Shown: positions 40,397-52,280, counted from the stretch's first letter. The stretch: 64,000 bases of DNA from an uncultured Methanosarcinaceae archaeon (GCA_963847185.1 CAWJYV010000008.1:160001-224000); one strand, 5' to 3'. Notes: generated by a model not told the origin, from the letters alone. Translations and numbers: made by a program.

Positions 40397-41392
40397 ATTC
40401 CCACCCGATTTGATCCTGTTTTCTGGTCCTTATGCTACGGTCCATTACTGGACCTTAAAAGCAGGACTTTTTAGGGCTTCGGCTCAAAAGTTTAGATGAC
40501 TCTTTTTCATAACGAATATTTTGTAAACCCTGAAAGTCTTCACTCATAAGCCGATTTTCTAATACACGTAAGTGCTACTGAATATTAAATCTTTCTGTTT
40601 AATGTCATTATTTGATAATTTTTTAGAATATATTATTCATCAGGGATGTCATTTAATTTGACAGCCCTATATAATATTGTCTGCTCTTCAGATTATTACT
40701 ATCTCTTCTGATGCACAATTTTTTCTCTTGATTTTTATTTTTAAAACTTAAATTAGATTTTATTTTTAGCATTAAATTGAAAAAGTGACAACAGGTCAAA
40801 AACAGATGACACCAGTTCACAACTCTTTATATATATATGTTAAGACAGTGTACAAATTGTAAATCAAAAAATTTAGTATGTAAATTAGGGCTGATATAAA
40901 CCGGAAGATCATGTTATTGGTTTAACTCTCTTCTTACAGTCTGTCTAACCTTCGGTTGTCTTTCTAACCTTTATAGTATCGGTTGACATTTATCCTAACT
41001 GTAAGTTCAGAAATAACTTTGTGTAGTTTCCGTTTGAGTAATGGGGGAAGTATAATACTCAATCAGGTTCTTACAATTCTCTAATAATTCATGGTTTTCA
41101 GAGGTAATGCAGTCCGAAAAAAGCGGGTTTGGGAGTGGATTCATCGTGCCTGGCCGATTCAAATTGAATCATTTATCCAGCCAGGCACTTTCCTCCTTAC
41201 AAAAGAATAAAAATATTTTTTGGAATTTAAATTTTTTTCTGAGGTAGTGTGTAAAAAAAGAAATTAAGTAACAATACTCAGAAAATAGTGGTACAAAAAT
41301 CACACTAAAGCAAAAAATAGGGGGAAAGCCAAAGGAAAATTTTCCTCTGCTTTCGATTCTTTAAATGCTTTTTAATTTTGCTTTCTTTAAAT

Positions 41393-42343
41393 TTATGTCA
41401 GCTTGGTAACCGGGTGGTTTGCCAGATCTGCAATCTCTACGCCAAGTTCCTTTGCAGTTTCACCGAGCATAATGTCGACCATTGCAACAGCAGGGAAAAT
41501 CTGGTTGACGTTTTCGATAGGGCCGTAAAGCAGGAAGTCAGAACCTGCAATCTGAGCTACCAGGTTGGTACCAATGTCCGTAGGCATGTAAATTGCCTTG
41601 GGGTCAGGCTGAGTTTTCTTGAATTTGCGGAGCCAGTCCCATGCAGAGGCCATGTTGTGGTATCCGCCACCTACTGGCAGACCGAGTTTTGCTTTGATAG
41701 TTGGAACTGTGCGGATTGTTGCACCTGCGCCTGCACCGAGAGGCATTGCAGCAACGTCGATCAGGGGAATCTTTATTCCACATTCCTTTGCTACCTGGAG
41801 CATACCCTTTGTCTGTCCTGAACCTCCGACTTCAAGGATATCCATCTTTCCTTTTACGGTTGGATCAGTTGCGTTGAATGCAAGAACAATTGCAGCTTCC
41901 ACATCGCTCTCAGTGAGCACGTCCATTTCTGCCTGCTCGATACTTGCGTTAATCGAGTTGTGGATTGCCCTGTTTGCAACGCCGATTTCAGTACAGTACT
42001 GGGCTGCAGCTGCACGAACTTCTCCGGCTGAGGAGTCAACCAGGAAGGGGGTCCTGTCATCGATTCCAACGAACCAGTCGATGTAATGTTTAATTGCTTC
42101 TGGGGTTTCTCCTACAATCTGGTTTACGTAGGGGTTTCCTGTGGCATCGCTCATTGAGACCTGGGTGTTCCAGAGGGTTTCTGCAGCTGCCTTGTCGAAG
42201 ATACCCTTGTCCTCATCAGTTACAATTTTGTGCCTTGCGTAGAACATGGTACTAACTAACACGGTTGGGTACTCACCCGGCTGTCCGCCGAACTTTACTC
42301 CGCCGATCTCAAAAACTTCCTGTTTCCTGTCAAACTTGAACAT
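41393..42343 (-). CDS. mtrH: Methyl-H4MPT:CoM methyltransferase subunit H
   Basis: MFKFDRKQEV...GGQPGEYPTVL...HNMASAWDWL...FLLYGPIEN. Confidence 0.97.
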   Translation of the reverse strand: MFKFDRKQEVFEIGGVKFGGQPGEYPTVLVSTMFYARHKIVTDEDKGIFDKAAAETLWNTQVSMSDATGNPYVNQIVGETPEAIKHYIDWFVGIDDRTPFLVDSSAGEVRAAAAQYCTEIGVANRAIHNSINASIEQAEMDVLTESDVEAAIVLAFNATDPTVKGKMDILEVGGSGQTKGMLQVAKECGIKIPLIDVAAMPLGAGAGATIRTVPTIKAKLGLPVGGGYHNMASAWDWLRKFKKTQPDPKAIYMPTDIGTNLVAQIAGSDFLLYGPIENVNQIFPAVAMVDIMLGETAKELGVEIADLANHPVTKLT

Positions 42344-42356
42344 TTTGATCCCTCAC

Positions 42357-42572
42357 TTACATGAACATTGATGATACAGTGACATATATCAAGAAGAGCA
42401 GCAGGCCAAAAACTGCGCCGTACAGAATTCCGATATCTCTTCCTACTTTCTTTCCGATTCTCTGTGCAACTTCACTGTTGACGAACTCGATCTTTTCATC
42501 GATCTTATCGAGCCTTTTCATTACTTCATTGAACTCGCTTGGCTCTACAAATGCTGATGGTGCTTTTGCCAT
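42357..42572 (-). CDS. mtrG: Mtr subunit G
   Basis: RLDKIDEKIEFVNSEVAQRIGKKVGRDIGILYG. Confidence 0.96.
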   Translation of the reverse strand: MAKAPSAFVEPSEFNEVMKRLDKIDEKIEFVNSEVAQRIGKKVGRDIGILYGAVFGLLLFLIYVTVSSMFM

Positions 42573-42583
42573 ATTTGTTCACC

Positions 42584-42805
42584 TCATAGAGACCAGACTA
42601 GTAATGGGAGTATAATGATCATCACCAGCGAAAAGACGAAACCTGCAACAAAGCCAGACATTCCGGTAGCCATAACTCCGGAGTCCAGCTTCTGGTTCCT
42701 TGCAATCAGCTGTGCTCTGTACCGAATGCTCTCAACAGTAGCGTCAATTGCACCCATCTGGGGGGCAAGCACCATTGGAACTCCTTTTCCGTATTCTTCT
42801 GCCAT
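42584..42805 (-). CDS. mtrF: Mtr subunit F
   Basis: [19 protein letters not shown]. Confidence 0.96.
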   Translation of the reverse strand: MAEEYGKGVPMVLAPQMGAIDATVESIRYRAQLIARNQKLDSGVMATGMSGFVAGFVFSLVMIIILPLLVWSL

Positions 42806-42810
42806 CTTCC

Positions 42811-43533
42811 TTACCTCCCGAGCAGTAATAGTCCTAGCATGGATATGGTGACTGCCAGTCCTATCATGGCACCTTCAACCTTTCCTGCATGAACTCCTGA
42901 GTGGAACTTGTTCCAGTTTCCTATGTCAAGCATGCGGGATTCAATACCCTTCAACCTGGCACGGACAACTGCAATTTCACCGGAAACAGGCCTGACAATA
43001 GCGCCTTCTTCTTCTTCTCCGCCTTCTTCTTTGATCTCTAGGACCAGAGGATCTGCATCAAAGGCGCCTGGGTCTTTTGAAGCGAGTTCTCTTACCTTGG
43101 CGGTAATGGCACCCATGTCTTCGGTATCCAGCAGATTGACGACCTGGACCTGTTCCTGGAAGCGGGCAACTGCAGCTGGATTCAGGTTTTCTACATAAGG
43201 AATTGCACCCAATGCTCCTGCAATCCTGTTCTCTTTTACACCGTTTGCATGGAGGCTTATTATTGACTGTCCGGTAATGTGCCCTTTAACTTCAGAACCG
43301 GTAACAAGCAGGAATCTTACGTTGGGGTTTGAGATAATGTGGGCAACGACCTTTTCAATACCAAGATTTTCAGTTTTACACGAGCCGGTAACTGCTGCTC
43401 CTGCATCAAGAACTGGCTTTCCCGGAAGGTGTGATCCGCAGGTAATTACCAGTACAGGATTCTTGACATCTCCAACTTCATATTCACCTTTCAGAATAGG
43501 CCATCCAGGTGCTGGTTCTCTTTTGTTTACCAT
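42811..43533 (-). CDS. mtrA: Mtr subunit A (cobamide-binding)
   Basis: [31 protein letters not shown]. Confidence 0.97.
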   Translation of the reverse strand: MVNKREPAPGWPILKGEYEVGDVKNPVLVITCGSHLPGKPVLDAGAAVTGSCKTENLGIEKVVAHIISNPNVRFLLVTGSEVKGHITGQSIISLHANGVKENRIAGALGAIPYVENLNPAAVARFQEQVQVVNLLDTEDMGAITAKVRELASKDPGAFDADPLVLEIKEEGGEEEEGAIVRPVSGEIAVVRARLKGIESRMLDIGNWNKFHSGVHAGKVEGAMIGLAVTISMLGLLLLGR

Positions 43534-43534
43534 T

Positions 43535-43861
43535 TTACACTCCTCCGCTCATCATGCTCCTTATATATAGGTATAGAGCCAGCAGTCCGCAGAAGGCAAG
43601 ACCCACAACTACTCCATAAAAGGAGTTAGTGTAGAATCCGGCCATATAGGATGTGTTTTCACGGCCAGGCCACGAATTAAGAAGTGGCATGCTTGGGGAC
43701 AGGGAGTTTACGAGGTCGTCTGCAATTGCATCCAGTTTATCTATCCTCTCAAAGACAGGCTCCATTGAATACTGAATCGAGTCTTCTCTTTCTTCTGCTA
43801 CAGTTGCAGTATCCGGGTCCATGACCAGATGTAATTCGGGAGCTATTCTAATCATGCTCAT
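43535..43861 (-). CDS. mtrB: Mtr subunit B
   Basis: [30 protein letters not shown]. Confidence 0.95.
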   Translation of the reverse strand: MSMIRIAPELHLVMDPDTATVAEEREDSIQYSMEPVFERIDKLDAIADDLVNSLSPSMPLLNSWPGRENTSYMAGFYTNSFYGVVVGLAFCGLLALYLYIRSMMSGGV

Positions 43862-44667
43862 TGCAGTTCCTCCGCACTGGGTAATAGACCGGTTCCAACC
43901 ACTGCATATGCATCTCTCTTAATGAGTGCATAGTAGTTGTGGAAAGCAAAGTACCAGATTATAAGTCCTACAACTATTGTCACAAAAGCTGGTCCCAGAC
44001 CGACGCCAACTGCAGATGCTATGCCTGAAATTACCATTGAAGCTGCACCCATCTGTACAGCACAGGCAAGAGTTCTGTCCTGTGATTCGTCAGGTCCCAG
44101 GTTTGCATTGAAGGGGTGCAGCATTGCCATACCGCCTGCGATGTAAACCATTGCCACAAAACCTGTTGTGACCATATTTTCGACTACTGGCATGAAATCA
44201 AACGAGCCAGCCATCGTAACGCTTAATCCTATAATCATAAGAGCCCCGGAACCTGCAATCTCTGTCATTGTCTGTTCCATGACAGGGATGCCCATGCCGA
44301 TTACTCTGTTAGCAAGGGCGCCAATTACAAGTCCGAGAATGCATGCGACAATAAATGCGACGATAGGGCCTGCAATTCCTCCAATTGAAAGTCCGAAGAG
44401 AGCTGCGACAATTCCCATACCAAGGGCAAGGAGACCAATTGACGGGACACCAGTACCAAGACCATAACTGGCAACACGCCTGACTGCATCAGCACCCCAT
44501 ACAGCGGTAAAGATTGCTCCAATAGCTCCTATGAAGGAAAACGCCGGGTTCACTGCTGCAAGGAAATGCCCTGCATAGATTCCTATAAGGCCACCAAACA
44601 CACCAAGACCTATAATTTTCTGTGGAGGATATTTCAATTTTGCTTCTCCAGATCCGCCTCCAGACAT
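43858..44667 (-). CDS. mtrC: Mtr subunit C
   Basis: [40 protein letters not shown]. Confidence 0.96.
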   Translation of the reverse strand: MSGGGSGEAKLKYPPQKIIGLGVFGGLIGIYAGHFLAAVNPAFSFIGAIGAIFTAVWGADAVRRVASYGLGTGVPSIGLLALGMGIVAALFGLSIGGIAGPIVAFIVACILGLVIGALANRVIGMGIPVMEQTMTEIAGSGALMIIGLSVTMAGSFDFMPVVENMVTTGFVAMVYIAGGMAMLHPFNANLGPDESQDRTLACAVQMGAASMVISGIASAVGVGLGPAFVTIVVGLIIWYFAFHNYYALIKRDAYAVVGTGLLPSAEELQ

Positions 44668-44668
44668 T

Positions 44669-45394
44669 TTATAGACCTCCTATGAGCTGTCCGATTGTAA
44701 TTACTGCAACAATGGCACAGAGGAGTGATGCAACAAGGGAAGAAGCTACCGCTTTCGGCCATTTTTTGAATTTGGGGTCGTGGAACCCTTCAATCGTACC
44801 ACCGATATTGTACGAAGGAATTACAGAGTTTACAAAGAAAATGCCTATTGAGAAAATTGCTACAACTGGTACAAGGTTCGGGTTAAGTGTTGCGCCTGTC
44901 GTCCCAACTTCCATAAGGGCGTAGTATATAAGAGCTCCTCCAATACCACCAAGGCCAGCTCCAATAACTCCACTTACGAAACAGACGGTTGGAAGCCCGT
45001 GCCCTTCAGTACCCTGAGATACATAAAGGTCCTGTCTGTATTTGGTAAGGGGATCAATTTTTACTTTTGCAGATGCCGGCACACAGCCCACACCATAAGC
45101 ATAGACCCAGCTTCCTACAATCATGGTAGCAGCTATCATGATCATTGCACCGACTGCCGCAGAAGCAAGGATTAGAGGCAAATTGTCGGTTACACTCATT
45201 ATATATCCGGTACTTACAAGCCCTGTAAGTCCTGCGCCTGCTGCGAGCTGCACAGTACCGGTACCGATACCGGTTGCCTGAGCCATTGCTGCAGGGGCAC
45301 CGCCCACAGGTATAAAGTGGACACTCTGGGAAATCAGCGCACCGCCGATGACAACCATTAGAATAGGAATAATATTGGCCATGATGTCAATCAT
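44669..45394 (-). CDS. mtrD: Mtr subunit D
   Basis: VHFIPVGGAPAAMAQATG, GTEGHGLPT, SYNIGGTIEGFHDPKFK. Confidence 0.97.
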   Translation of the reverse strand: MIDIMANIIPILMVVIGGALISQSVHFIPVGGAPAAMAQATGIGTGTVQLAAGAGLTGLVSTGYIMSVTDNLPLILASAAVGAMIMIAATMIVGSWVYAYGVGCVPASAKVKIDPLTKYRQDLYVSQGTEGHGLPTVCFVSGVIGAGLGGIGGALIYYALMEVGTTGATLNPNLVPVVAIFSIGIFFVNSVIPSYNIGGTIEGFHDPKFKKWPKAVASSLVASLLCAIVAVITIGQLIGGL

Positions 45395-46307
45395 GCGCTT
45401 GCCTCCTCTTCGCTCTTATCCTGTTTATACGGACCGAAAGCTTTCCTGGCTTTAACTTCGATATCCCAGTTCCAGATAATCATAATAACAACAATAATAA
45501 CACCTGCAATAACTGAAAGCCAGCCAGTCCCAGGCCATCTGCAGGGTTGAAAATAGTTGTAATCCAGCTGCCCAGGAATACAGTCATTCCAAAAGCAAGC
45601 CCTGTAACAGGTCCACCAAACTTTGCACAGAACCAGGAGTTGTCAAAACTGTCTCTGACGCCTGACTCGGCATACCTTACAATGTTTCCTGAGTTTGAAG
45701 CGTTCAGACCAGTTCCGAATTCAAACTGCTGGAACTCACGCTCTGCACCATAGTGGACGTCACCAGTGGAAGAGCCGATTGCACCGACGGTGATTCCCCA
45801 GATAAAGGCCATTATTGGTATAGGGAAGGGGTGACCGAGTACTGCGACCATCAGGTACGAAACTACCAGGACACAGAACGTAGTTATAAACGAATAACCC
45901 ATAATCGCGGGGGTATGGGATCTGATCATGTCCAGGTATATGGGCTGCTTAAAACGCCTCTGACTGGCACACCGGCCCATTGTAGCACTAATTGCATAAG
46001 TTCCATGCACAGTAGCTGCAACAACAGAACCAAGAACCAGTGCCAGAAGTGGGGACAAACCTAATGCACTAATTAAAACAACAGCTACAGTAGCACCAAT
46101 CGAACACATTAAGGCATTGGATGGTGGTTCACCTGAAATAGCTTTGTTAAATATCCTGTGTGGATATCCCATCTGGGGAGCCAATTGCACCTGAGAGTTA
46201 GGGTTACTCTGCGATCCTATATCTGATTCCAGGTCCTCTGAGGCACCTGCAATAGTCGCAGCCACTCCTATAAGTGCGAGCACTCCCATGCTTACGAGTG
46301 GTTCCAT
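45391..46307 (-). CDS. mtrE: Mtr subunit E, with apparent 1-nt frameshift at ~45524
   Basis: EDLESDIGSQSNPNSQVQLAPQMG, GDVHYGAERE; adding one G restores GWLSVIAGVIIVVIMIIWNWDIEVKARKAFGPYKQDKSEEEASA* overlapping the mtrD ATG. Confidence 0.93.
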
Positions 46308-47088
46308 TCATTTTCCTCCTTTGTTTATTACATGTAATAAGATGGACTTTAAAAAACGCTGTACATTTTTTTGAAATCGTCTGCCATATCATTACAAAGA
46401 AATATGATTATGACGCGCGTTATTTTTTGGATTAGAGAGGATCATTCATAAACCTTTCGAAATATGCAGGCTTTTAAAATATTATTATATACTTATATAA
46501 TATACAATCAATTTTATATGATATCTAGAGGGGGTTAAAATAAACAAAATCCTATATATATATATAAAAATAAATTCTACTCCTTGTAGTATCATATAAA
46601 GATTCCGATCTTGAGTGACGATTTTTTTTGTTTCCTCTTAATTAATATATTTCCTATTTTTATATTAATGAGTTTTGCTGATGTGGTTTTTATATTAATA
46701 AATTTTATAAATAGTAAACAGTACTAATCTTTCTTATTTCTCAGAAGGACAAACTGAACATGGATACTGCATCTAAAAATCTAAATTATTTCATTCTGTG
46801 AAACTCTAAAATAAGGCTATGTCTATATTAAAAAACTATGTATTTTTTTCGTAACTATTTATTAATTTTCTTTAACAGTTAAACGAGTAACCCTTATTTA
46901 TATATAAATATGTTGGCTAATTTTGCCCTTTGAGACAAAATAAAAGCATTCGAGTACTGTTTAAGTGCCAGTTGCGATACTCTTTCTATCTAGCTAGCTA
47001 GAGATTTGGTTTTTTTATAGAGTCCTGCATTTTTGGCTTCAGAGAGGATCAGAAAAGAATTTTTATATTTAGTTTCCTTGCTTAATGC

Positions 47089-47898
47089 GTGATTTTCGGA
47101 GCTTCATCCTTTGCCGGCCCCTTTGCAGATTTAAGAGGACACGTAGGATCAATAGAACTGTATATTCCCAAACTGGGAATTTATAATGGTTCGACACTTG
47201 AGAAAGAAAAACTTGACAGGATCCTTGATGAATTATCCACTCATGATTTTGCAAGTACGGTTCATGCTCCTTACTTTGCAGCAGACTCAAAATATCCTTC
47301 AGCTCTCCAGGTAGATACCGCCTTAATGGGAGAGAAAGAATTTGCTCTAATGGAAGAATCCCTTGCTCTTGCAAGCAGGATAGGGGCGAATGTAGTTGTT
47401 TTACATCCTGGCAGAATCGGGCCTGACAGGGAAAAATCTTTTTCTTCTATGATCAAAAACCTCTGCACTCTTGCTTCAATAGCTGAAGATTACGGAGTCA
47501 TGCTGGGTCTTGAGAACAAGGAAGGTACTGACCCTTTCAACTTTTGTTGTAAAGCAGAAGAGCTTTCCAGGGTAATCGAAATCGTAAATTCTGAAAATCT
47601 GAAAGCTACCCTTGATATAGGGCATGCAAACCTCACCTGTGGAGGCGATCCCGAAAAACTCCGGACTTTTGTCCTGACTCTGAAAAAGCACATTATTCAT
47701 CTTCATCTGCATGACAACAGCGGCCAATGGACCGAAATGTACGATGGAGACGAGCACATGGCTCCAGGAAAAGGCTGTACGGATTTTTCGGTTCTGAAAC
47801 TGCTTTCAGGTTACAAAGGTATCTATAATCTGGAGGTTTTTTCTCTCGATGATGTTCTTTTCGGAAAAAACACCCTTGAAAATGCCTTCAAGCTTTAA
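47089..47898 (+). CDS. Sugar phosphate isomerase/epimerase (xylose isomerase-like TIM barrel)
   Basis: VHAP, VVLHPG, LGLEN, TLDIGHA, HLHLHDN, DEHMAPG. Confidence 0.88.
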   Translation: MIFGASSFAGPFADLRGHVGSIELYIPKLGIYNGSTLEKEKLDRILDELSTHDFASTVHAPYFAADSKYPSALQVDTALMGEKEFALMEESLALASRIGANVVVLHPGRIGPDREKSFSSMIKNLCTLASIAEDYGVMLGLENKEGTDPFNFCCKAEELSRVIEIVNSENLKATLDIGHANLTCGGDPEKLRTFVLTLKKHIIHLHLHDNSGQWTEMYDGDEHMAPGKGCTDFSVLKLLSGYKGIYNLEVFSLDDVLFGKNTLENAFKL

Positions 47899-47968
47899 TA
47901 CTTGCTTAAATCCGTAAAAAGAGGAATAGCCGGGTTCTGGTAAGAACCTCAGCTTTTATTACTTATTC

Positions 47969-49889
47969 TTAAGAGAAATCTACTTTCATTCCTTTCTGGC
48001 CAAGCACTTTTTTCAGCTCTTCATAAGCCGTGAAAAGCTCTTTTTTCTGTCTCCCAACTGTTTCAAGCCTGGGTTCGGCTTTGAGCCAGATATCCTGTTC
48101 TCCGGTTCCTCTTGTAACCGCGACGCAGGCAAGCATATCTCCATGGGTCAATCTGTATACTGAATCAAGCCCTGTAGGAGTTACCCAGGCAGGAGAAATC
48201 ATTTTAAGTTTTTCAATTAATTCATTCCAGCTGAGATTTCCGGAAGTCCTGAGGTTAAGCTGGAGGTGGGTACGTTCCCCGGCAACCTTTTCATTAAGGT
48301 TCTTAAGGAATACACTGTACTCAGGATCTTTCTCACTGATTTCTTTTGCTTCATAGCGGGAAAGTTCTTCTGCTTCCTCTTCGAAGAAAGGTGCAAGATT
48401 TACCCTGCTTGAAGGCTTCGTCATCAGGGAAACTCCAAAGAAAGCAATCGCACTTAGGGACATCCCCACAATAACTCCGTGGCTCATCAGAATCGGATGA
48501 ATGCTTTCCAGATAATTGGGAGCCAGGGGAGGTGTCTTTATAAGATCCAGAATTACGAGTGCTACCTGAACCGTAAAACCGATTATCATGCCTGCAAAGG
48601 CTCCTTCTTTGGTAGCTCTTTTCCAGTACAGGCCTCCCATGAGTGGGAAGAAGTAAGAAGAGCTTGCAATGAAAGTTGCGATATGAATGGCACCGATAAT
48701 GTTAGGAATAACAAATGAGCCTGCTGTTGCAGCGAGGATAATGAACAGCACACTGATCCTGTTTACCAGCATCATTTCCTTCATTGTGGCATCTGGCTTT
48801 ATGTATCTCTGGTAGATATCCCTTGAGATACAGGAAGCTCCTGACGTTGAAAACGTGTCCGTACAGGACATTGAAGCTGCTGCAAGCCCTATTGCACTGA
48901 AGGCTATTACTGCTGGTGCAGCGGCGAACCGTTCACTTACAAAAGCCAGGAGTGCAGGTTCTGCCAGAGCCATCCCTGCGGGGAAACCCATTGGGGCAAT
49001 CTCAGGGTATATTGCAGTTAAGGGCTATTGCAATCACGGCGCAGGATGCAAAGACCAGAGTAATCATGAGAGCGCCAATTATCATTCCAAGGCTGGCAGA
49101 TTTTGCATCTCTTGCAGCCCAGACTTTCTGCCAGGGGTCCTGTTCCGTAATCCAGCCCGGAATTATAGCAAGGCAAAAGATCAGAACCATGGGAAGGCCG
49201 ATTGATAAAGGATTCCACCAGTCTCCAGGTACACCTGCAAAAAGCTCTGAAGCACTTATTGCAGAAGTGTTAAGGCCTCCGTCAGCTACTGTTGCTACTG
49301 TGGCAAAAGCCATTCCTACTGCGAAAATAGCAAGGAAAGCATACTGGATAGTATCTGTCCAGATAACTGCATATAGCCCTCCAAGGGTTACATAAAGAGA
49401 CACTGCAATTGCAACAATAGCTGCAGCATAGAAAGGATCAAGGCCGTAAAAGACCTGCAGCACCAGGGAAAGCCCTGTAATGTCAGCTACTGAAAAAAGA
49501 ATCATTACAACAGTAATAATAAGGGCAATTGGCCACCTTACTATACTCCCATAGCGCTGTTCCAGAAGTTCAGGCTGGGTAATTGCAGGCAGATTTTTGA
49601 TCTTTCCCACAAGCACCGCAATGACAAGGAGGGCGATGATGTTGGGAGCTACAAAAGCCCATATAGAGCCCATTCCCTGAAGCATATAATATCCTACAAC
49701 CGCAAGAATTCCACCTGCTGTCAGCCAGGAAGCTGCAGCTGAAAATCCCAGGGCGCCGGGTCCTATTCGTCTGCCAGCAAGCCAGAAGTCCGTAACTGAT
49801 TTCTGTCTATTATTAAAATACCAGCCAATAGCCACAAGCATGGCTATATAAACCGCAAGCATTACAAGAAAAATACTGTAACCATCCAT
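47969..49889 (-). pseudogene. Sodium:solute symporter, frameshifted at ~49016
   Basis: DFWLAGRRIG, YVTLGGLYAVIWTDTIQY, QDPWQKVWAAR; removing one base restores LNAIYPEIAPMGF joining ORFs 49002-49889 and 47969-48991. Confidence 0.85.
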
Positions 49890-50314
49890 AAGGGTACACC
49901 AATAAATAATTAATTAATTTTAGGGGTTTTACTTTTATCGAAAATACGAGATACTAGTGCTATTTCTGAAATATATTACCGTTTATATATTCTCATTGTA
50001 TCGACATATAAATAAATAAACTTTTACTTTCTCCATAAAGTTTATTTGCCTTTTTACTGTCTTATGAATCCTTTTTTTCCTTTATCACAAGTTAACTTGA
50101 ATTAATTCAATTTTTATTTTTATACTTATATTTTTAATATTTTTTTAAATAATCCCTAATATTTTTGATATTATCTGTCTTTGTGCCTTAAAATGGTAAA
50201 AAATGCCTTTTTATGTCTTTAAAGTCTCTTTTCTCACTTTTTATTCTTCTATTCAATAAATAAAGTTATTTTCCCTCCAATAATATCTATCATTCCAGTC
50301 AAAATCACATAATT

Positions 50315-50755
50315 ATGAATTCCAGAATCAGAATCTTCAAATTAGCAACATTTCTCTTAATCTGGTTGTATTTGCCGGCCCCGGTTGCGTTGACAATCAG
50401 GAAGAGAATAAAAAGTGCCGGAACAATGGGAAACGGCACTGAAAGCATTTCTGAGGATGCTTCTGCAGGCGAAGGTGAAATACTGACAGTTTTCCATGCA
50501 GGAAGTCTGAGTATACCTTTTTGAGACTCGAAAACATAGTTTTAAGTAACACATCCGCACAATCCAGCATCAGAAACTCACTGCAGGGCAGGGTTACTGA
50601 CGCCCTGGTACTTTGCACTCTCGTGAGGATAAATTGATTGCTGAGTCGTCCTGAATGCCCTGATAACCAGGCAGTCAGCAGAGGAGATGGGTATTTCTCC
50701 CGGGGTTCCGGTTTACGTCCAGTTCAAGTCAAGTTCTGTTCACGTACTCCGTTAA
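50315..50755 (+). pseudogene. Deletion scar of tungstate/molybdate ABC operon: wtpA 5' end fused to wtpC 3' end
   Basis: LTVFHAGSLSIPF (WtpA N-terminus), then LRLENIVLSNTSAQSSIRNSLQGRV...LNALITRQSAEEMGISPGVPVYVQFKSSSVHVLR* (ATPase C-terminal TOBE) with further lesions; directly upstream of modE. Confidence 0.8.
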
Positions 50756-50768
50756 AAGGTGATAATCT

Positions 50769-51359
50769 GTGAAAGCGAAAACAAAGCTCTGGTTTACGGA
50801 AGACGGAAAAACCGTCATGGGTGCTGGAAGGGCTGAATTACTTAAAGCAATTGACAAAGAACGCTCCCTCCGGAAAGCCTGCAAAGTTCTTAGTATCTCA
50901 TACAAACACGCCTGGATGATGCTTAAAAAAATGAATGAGGCTCTGGACGAACCCGCAGTAATCACGATACGCGGAGGAAAGGAACAGGGTACTTTCCTGA
51001 CTGACCGGGGAAGGAAACTTCTGGTTGAGTATGAGGCAAACAAGCAGATTATCAATCAAACAATTGGAGACGAAACTACTGCCTGGGAAAACATAGGCTT
51101 CAAGTTATCGGCCAGAAATCAGCTTCCAGGTAAAGTGCTTAAAATAGATAAAGACGGGCTAGTCTGTAAGATTACAATTGAAATGGACCCTTCAGTTCTT
51201 ACCTCAGTAATCACTGAAGAAGCTGTAGAGAAACTGGACATTAAGCCCGGAGACAGGATTTATGCTGTCATCAAATCAACTGAGGTAATGGTTGCAAAAA
51301 TCGTCAGTGAAAAAAGACAGATTGAAACCGATCCTAAAGAGATGGATTGCTCAGACTGA
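50769..51359 (+). CDS. modE: ModE-family molybdate-responsive regulator (HTH + TOBE)
   Basis: GRAELLKAIDKERSLRKAC...SYKHAW...RGG...GTFLT; LSARNQLPG TOBE. Confidence 0.9.
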   Translation: MKAKTKLWFTEDGKTVMGAGRAELLKAIDKERSLRKACKVLSISYKHAWMMLKKMNEALDEPAVITIRGGKEQGTFLTDRGRKLLVEYEANKQIINQTIGDETTAWENIGFKLSARNQLPGKVLKIDKDGLVCKITIEMDPSVLTSVITEEAVEKLDIKPGDRIYAVIKSTEVMVAKIVSEKRQIETDPKEMDCSD

Positions 51360-51625
51360 AAATTATAACTCTAATTGAACGAAATAATACATTTTTTCGT
51401 AACCTGGTACTGTTCTTTTTTTCTTTATATAACTCGGCACCGTGCTTTTTCCTCATATAACTTGAAATTTTATTTTATATTTTTGAATTTTGACATTTTT
51501 CTTTTTTTCTAAAATGTTTTGTGCCGATGCATGAATATTTTTTTGGCAGGCAATTTACACTTTTGTGTACTCAGAATCTTGATTTTTTATTTTTTTCAAA
51601 GCTTTCGGTTAACAGAAGTTCAGTA

Positions 51626-52072
51626 TTATTCTTCCCCCCGGACGACCATAACCGGGACTTTTGAGTTCCCCACTGCTTTTTCTGCAACGCTTCCTACTAG
51701 AAATCTTTCGAGTCCGGTCTTTCCAAGGGTGCCCATTACTATCAGGTCAATATCATTATTCTCGGCGAAATCGAGAATTTCCTTACTCGGGTGTCCGTCT
51801 AAAACGACCTCTCTTACCTCTACTCCTGAGGTCTCTCCAATCTTTTTAACTTTAGATACTGCTTTTTCTCCATCATTTTTCATAATTTCGTAGATTGTTT
51901 CTTTGCCAGCAGTCCAATTTTCAGAAATTGTAGAGTGTGTATCTATTACGTGAAGAGCGTAGACAGTAGCTCCACTAAGTTTTGCAATCTCAATACCGTA
52001 GGAAATGGCTTTATTAGTATTCTCGGATCCGTCCGTTGCAATCACTATATTACGGTAAAAATCTTTTTTCAT
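51626..52072 (-). CDS. Universal stress protein
   Basis: IVIATDGSE, DLIVMGTLGKTGLERFLVGSVAE. Confidence 0.93.
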   Translation of the reverse strand: MKKDFYRNIVIATDGSENTNKAISYGIEIAKLSGATVYALHVIDTHSTISENWTAGKETIYEIMKNDGEKAVSKVKKIGETSGVEVREVVLDGHPSKEILDFAENNDIDLIVMGTLGKTGLERFLVGSVAEKAVGNSKVPVMVVRGEE

Positions 52073-52259
52073 GTATTGTTCTCCATTTACGCATAAAATG
52101 CTGATATAAAGAAAAGATTAATTCGATATGACAGAAAGATTAATTCAATCATACTCATACAGTTTCGATTTCCAGAATTATTAGTGTTATTTGCTTTAAT
52201 CTGAGGTAAAGATCCAATACTGTAAAGCTGGATGAGTATGTTTTAGAAAATAAAGGGTT

Positions 52260-52280
52260 GTAGCCTTTTTAAAAGGCTAC
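52260..52280. terminator. Stem-loop downstream of the COG1361 genes
   Basis: gtagcctttt-t-aaaaggctac inverted repeat. Confidence 0.5.

Noticed and set aside
23093-40989. Identical 15-mer ATGTCAACCGATACT at 23093-23107 (+) and 40975-40989 (-)
   Set aside because: A few 15-mer matches are expected by chance in 64 kb on both strands; no flanking similarity or palindromy.
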